DNA of 64,000 bases. Origin: Lophium mytilinum (taxonomy: Eukaryota). The stretch is from the NCBI GenBank assembly GCA_010093605.1, contig MU004197.1, forward strand, positions 1,054,001-1,118,000, read 5' to 3'. A program made the translations under genes and the position numbers. The notes under the pieces were generated by a model, which was not told the origin of the DNA, ran no database searches, and was given only the letters and a program-made list of their open reading frames with translations. Shown in pieces: positions 63,177 through 64,000 of this stretch (its first letter is position 1; every line of letters starts with the position of its first letter).

Positions 63177-64000
63177 TCACTCCCCTTCCTGCATCTCATC
63201 ATTCTCTTGATCTTGCTCCATCTCACGCTCCCTTTCCCGGTCTCGCTCCTCGTCTTCTGCGGAGACAGGGAAGCTGAGATGTTTCCAGTCCTCAATCTGA
63301 CCATCGAATCAGTACTACGCCGCCCGGAACACCATAATCACAGGATTCATAACTCACCTCCTCGATAATGCTCCTCAGCCGATCTCTAATACTCTCCACC
63401 GCATAACTTCCTAACAACAACCTCAACGGAGGATACGCGCAATGCCCGAGCTGCCACACCAGCTCCGCGCTCTTTACCGCGCTCACCGGCTGCCGGTCAT
63501 TCAACCACCCCATAACCCTCTTGGTATGCCCCGCGGGTGAGCTTGCGCCTGCGTACGGCGCGCTCGGCGGCTTGACCCAGAAGTGTCCAAAACGTTTCAG
63601 TTGCTGCTCTTGAGCTCCACCTACGCCTCCCGTCACGTCTGGGGGCTCGTCCAGTCGCACATATCCTGGTTCTACGAGCGTGGCTTTGATATTAAAAGCG
63701 TCGAGTTCATACAGCATGGATTCAATGAGGCCCTCGACAGCGTACTTAGTCGCACAGTAAGGTCCCAGACCTGGCACGCCGAGCGCACCGGAAGTAGAAC
63801 TGAAGATGAGGTAGCGGCCATGGGACTGAGTGCGGAAGTGTGGGAGCGAGAGCTGGATGATGCTGAGCGTGCCCATGACGTTCGTTGCGAACTGGTTGCG
63901 TAGGTCGTAGGAGTCTTGGTCTTCGCATGCGCCTATGACGCCTGTCTCACATATTAGTACACTATACAGGCCTTTTTCCTCGTGGGTACCGGGGCATACC
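63177..64000 (-). CDS. Short-chain dehydrogenase/reductase, 5' part outside the window; introns 63942-63999, 63297-63357
   Basis: GVIGACED..QFATNVMG, FSSTSGALGVPGLGPYCATKYAVEG (YxxxK), IKATLVEPG, PPLRLLLGS; acidic tail ends at 63177. Confidence 0.9.

Overview
Gene-dense window from a filamentous ascomycete (Pezizomycotina-type short GT-AG introns with CTRAY-like branch sites). It holds 17 complete and 1 partial housekeeping/regulatory genes: a WOPR (Gti1/Pac2, Wor1-like) transcription factor, CRD1, MTO1, a secreted PAF-acetylhydrolase-like lipase, RIM1, CBP80, GSK3, SLP1, a HAL/SAT4 kinase, a CaMKK, BET5, IMP3, HIS6, a GH31 glycosidase, a SAM+SNF2 ATRX-like ATPase, HEM1, THO2 and a partial SDR. 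There are also two decayed genes: a ubiquitin-like-domain pseudogene at about 39.0-40.2 kb and a three-unit tandem-repeat relic at about 62.4-63.1 kb. I saw no tRNA, rRNA, transposon or CRISPR. I did not find a convincing new multi-gene system. The most unusual signals are in splicing: a TAGTAG acceptor in HIS6 where the proximal AG creates an immediate stop, a canonical-looking intron nested in the long first intron of CRD1, and four stop-free 3n introns (GSK3 x2, HIS6, THO2). All gene calls come from recognising motifs by eye; no searches were run.
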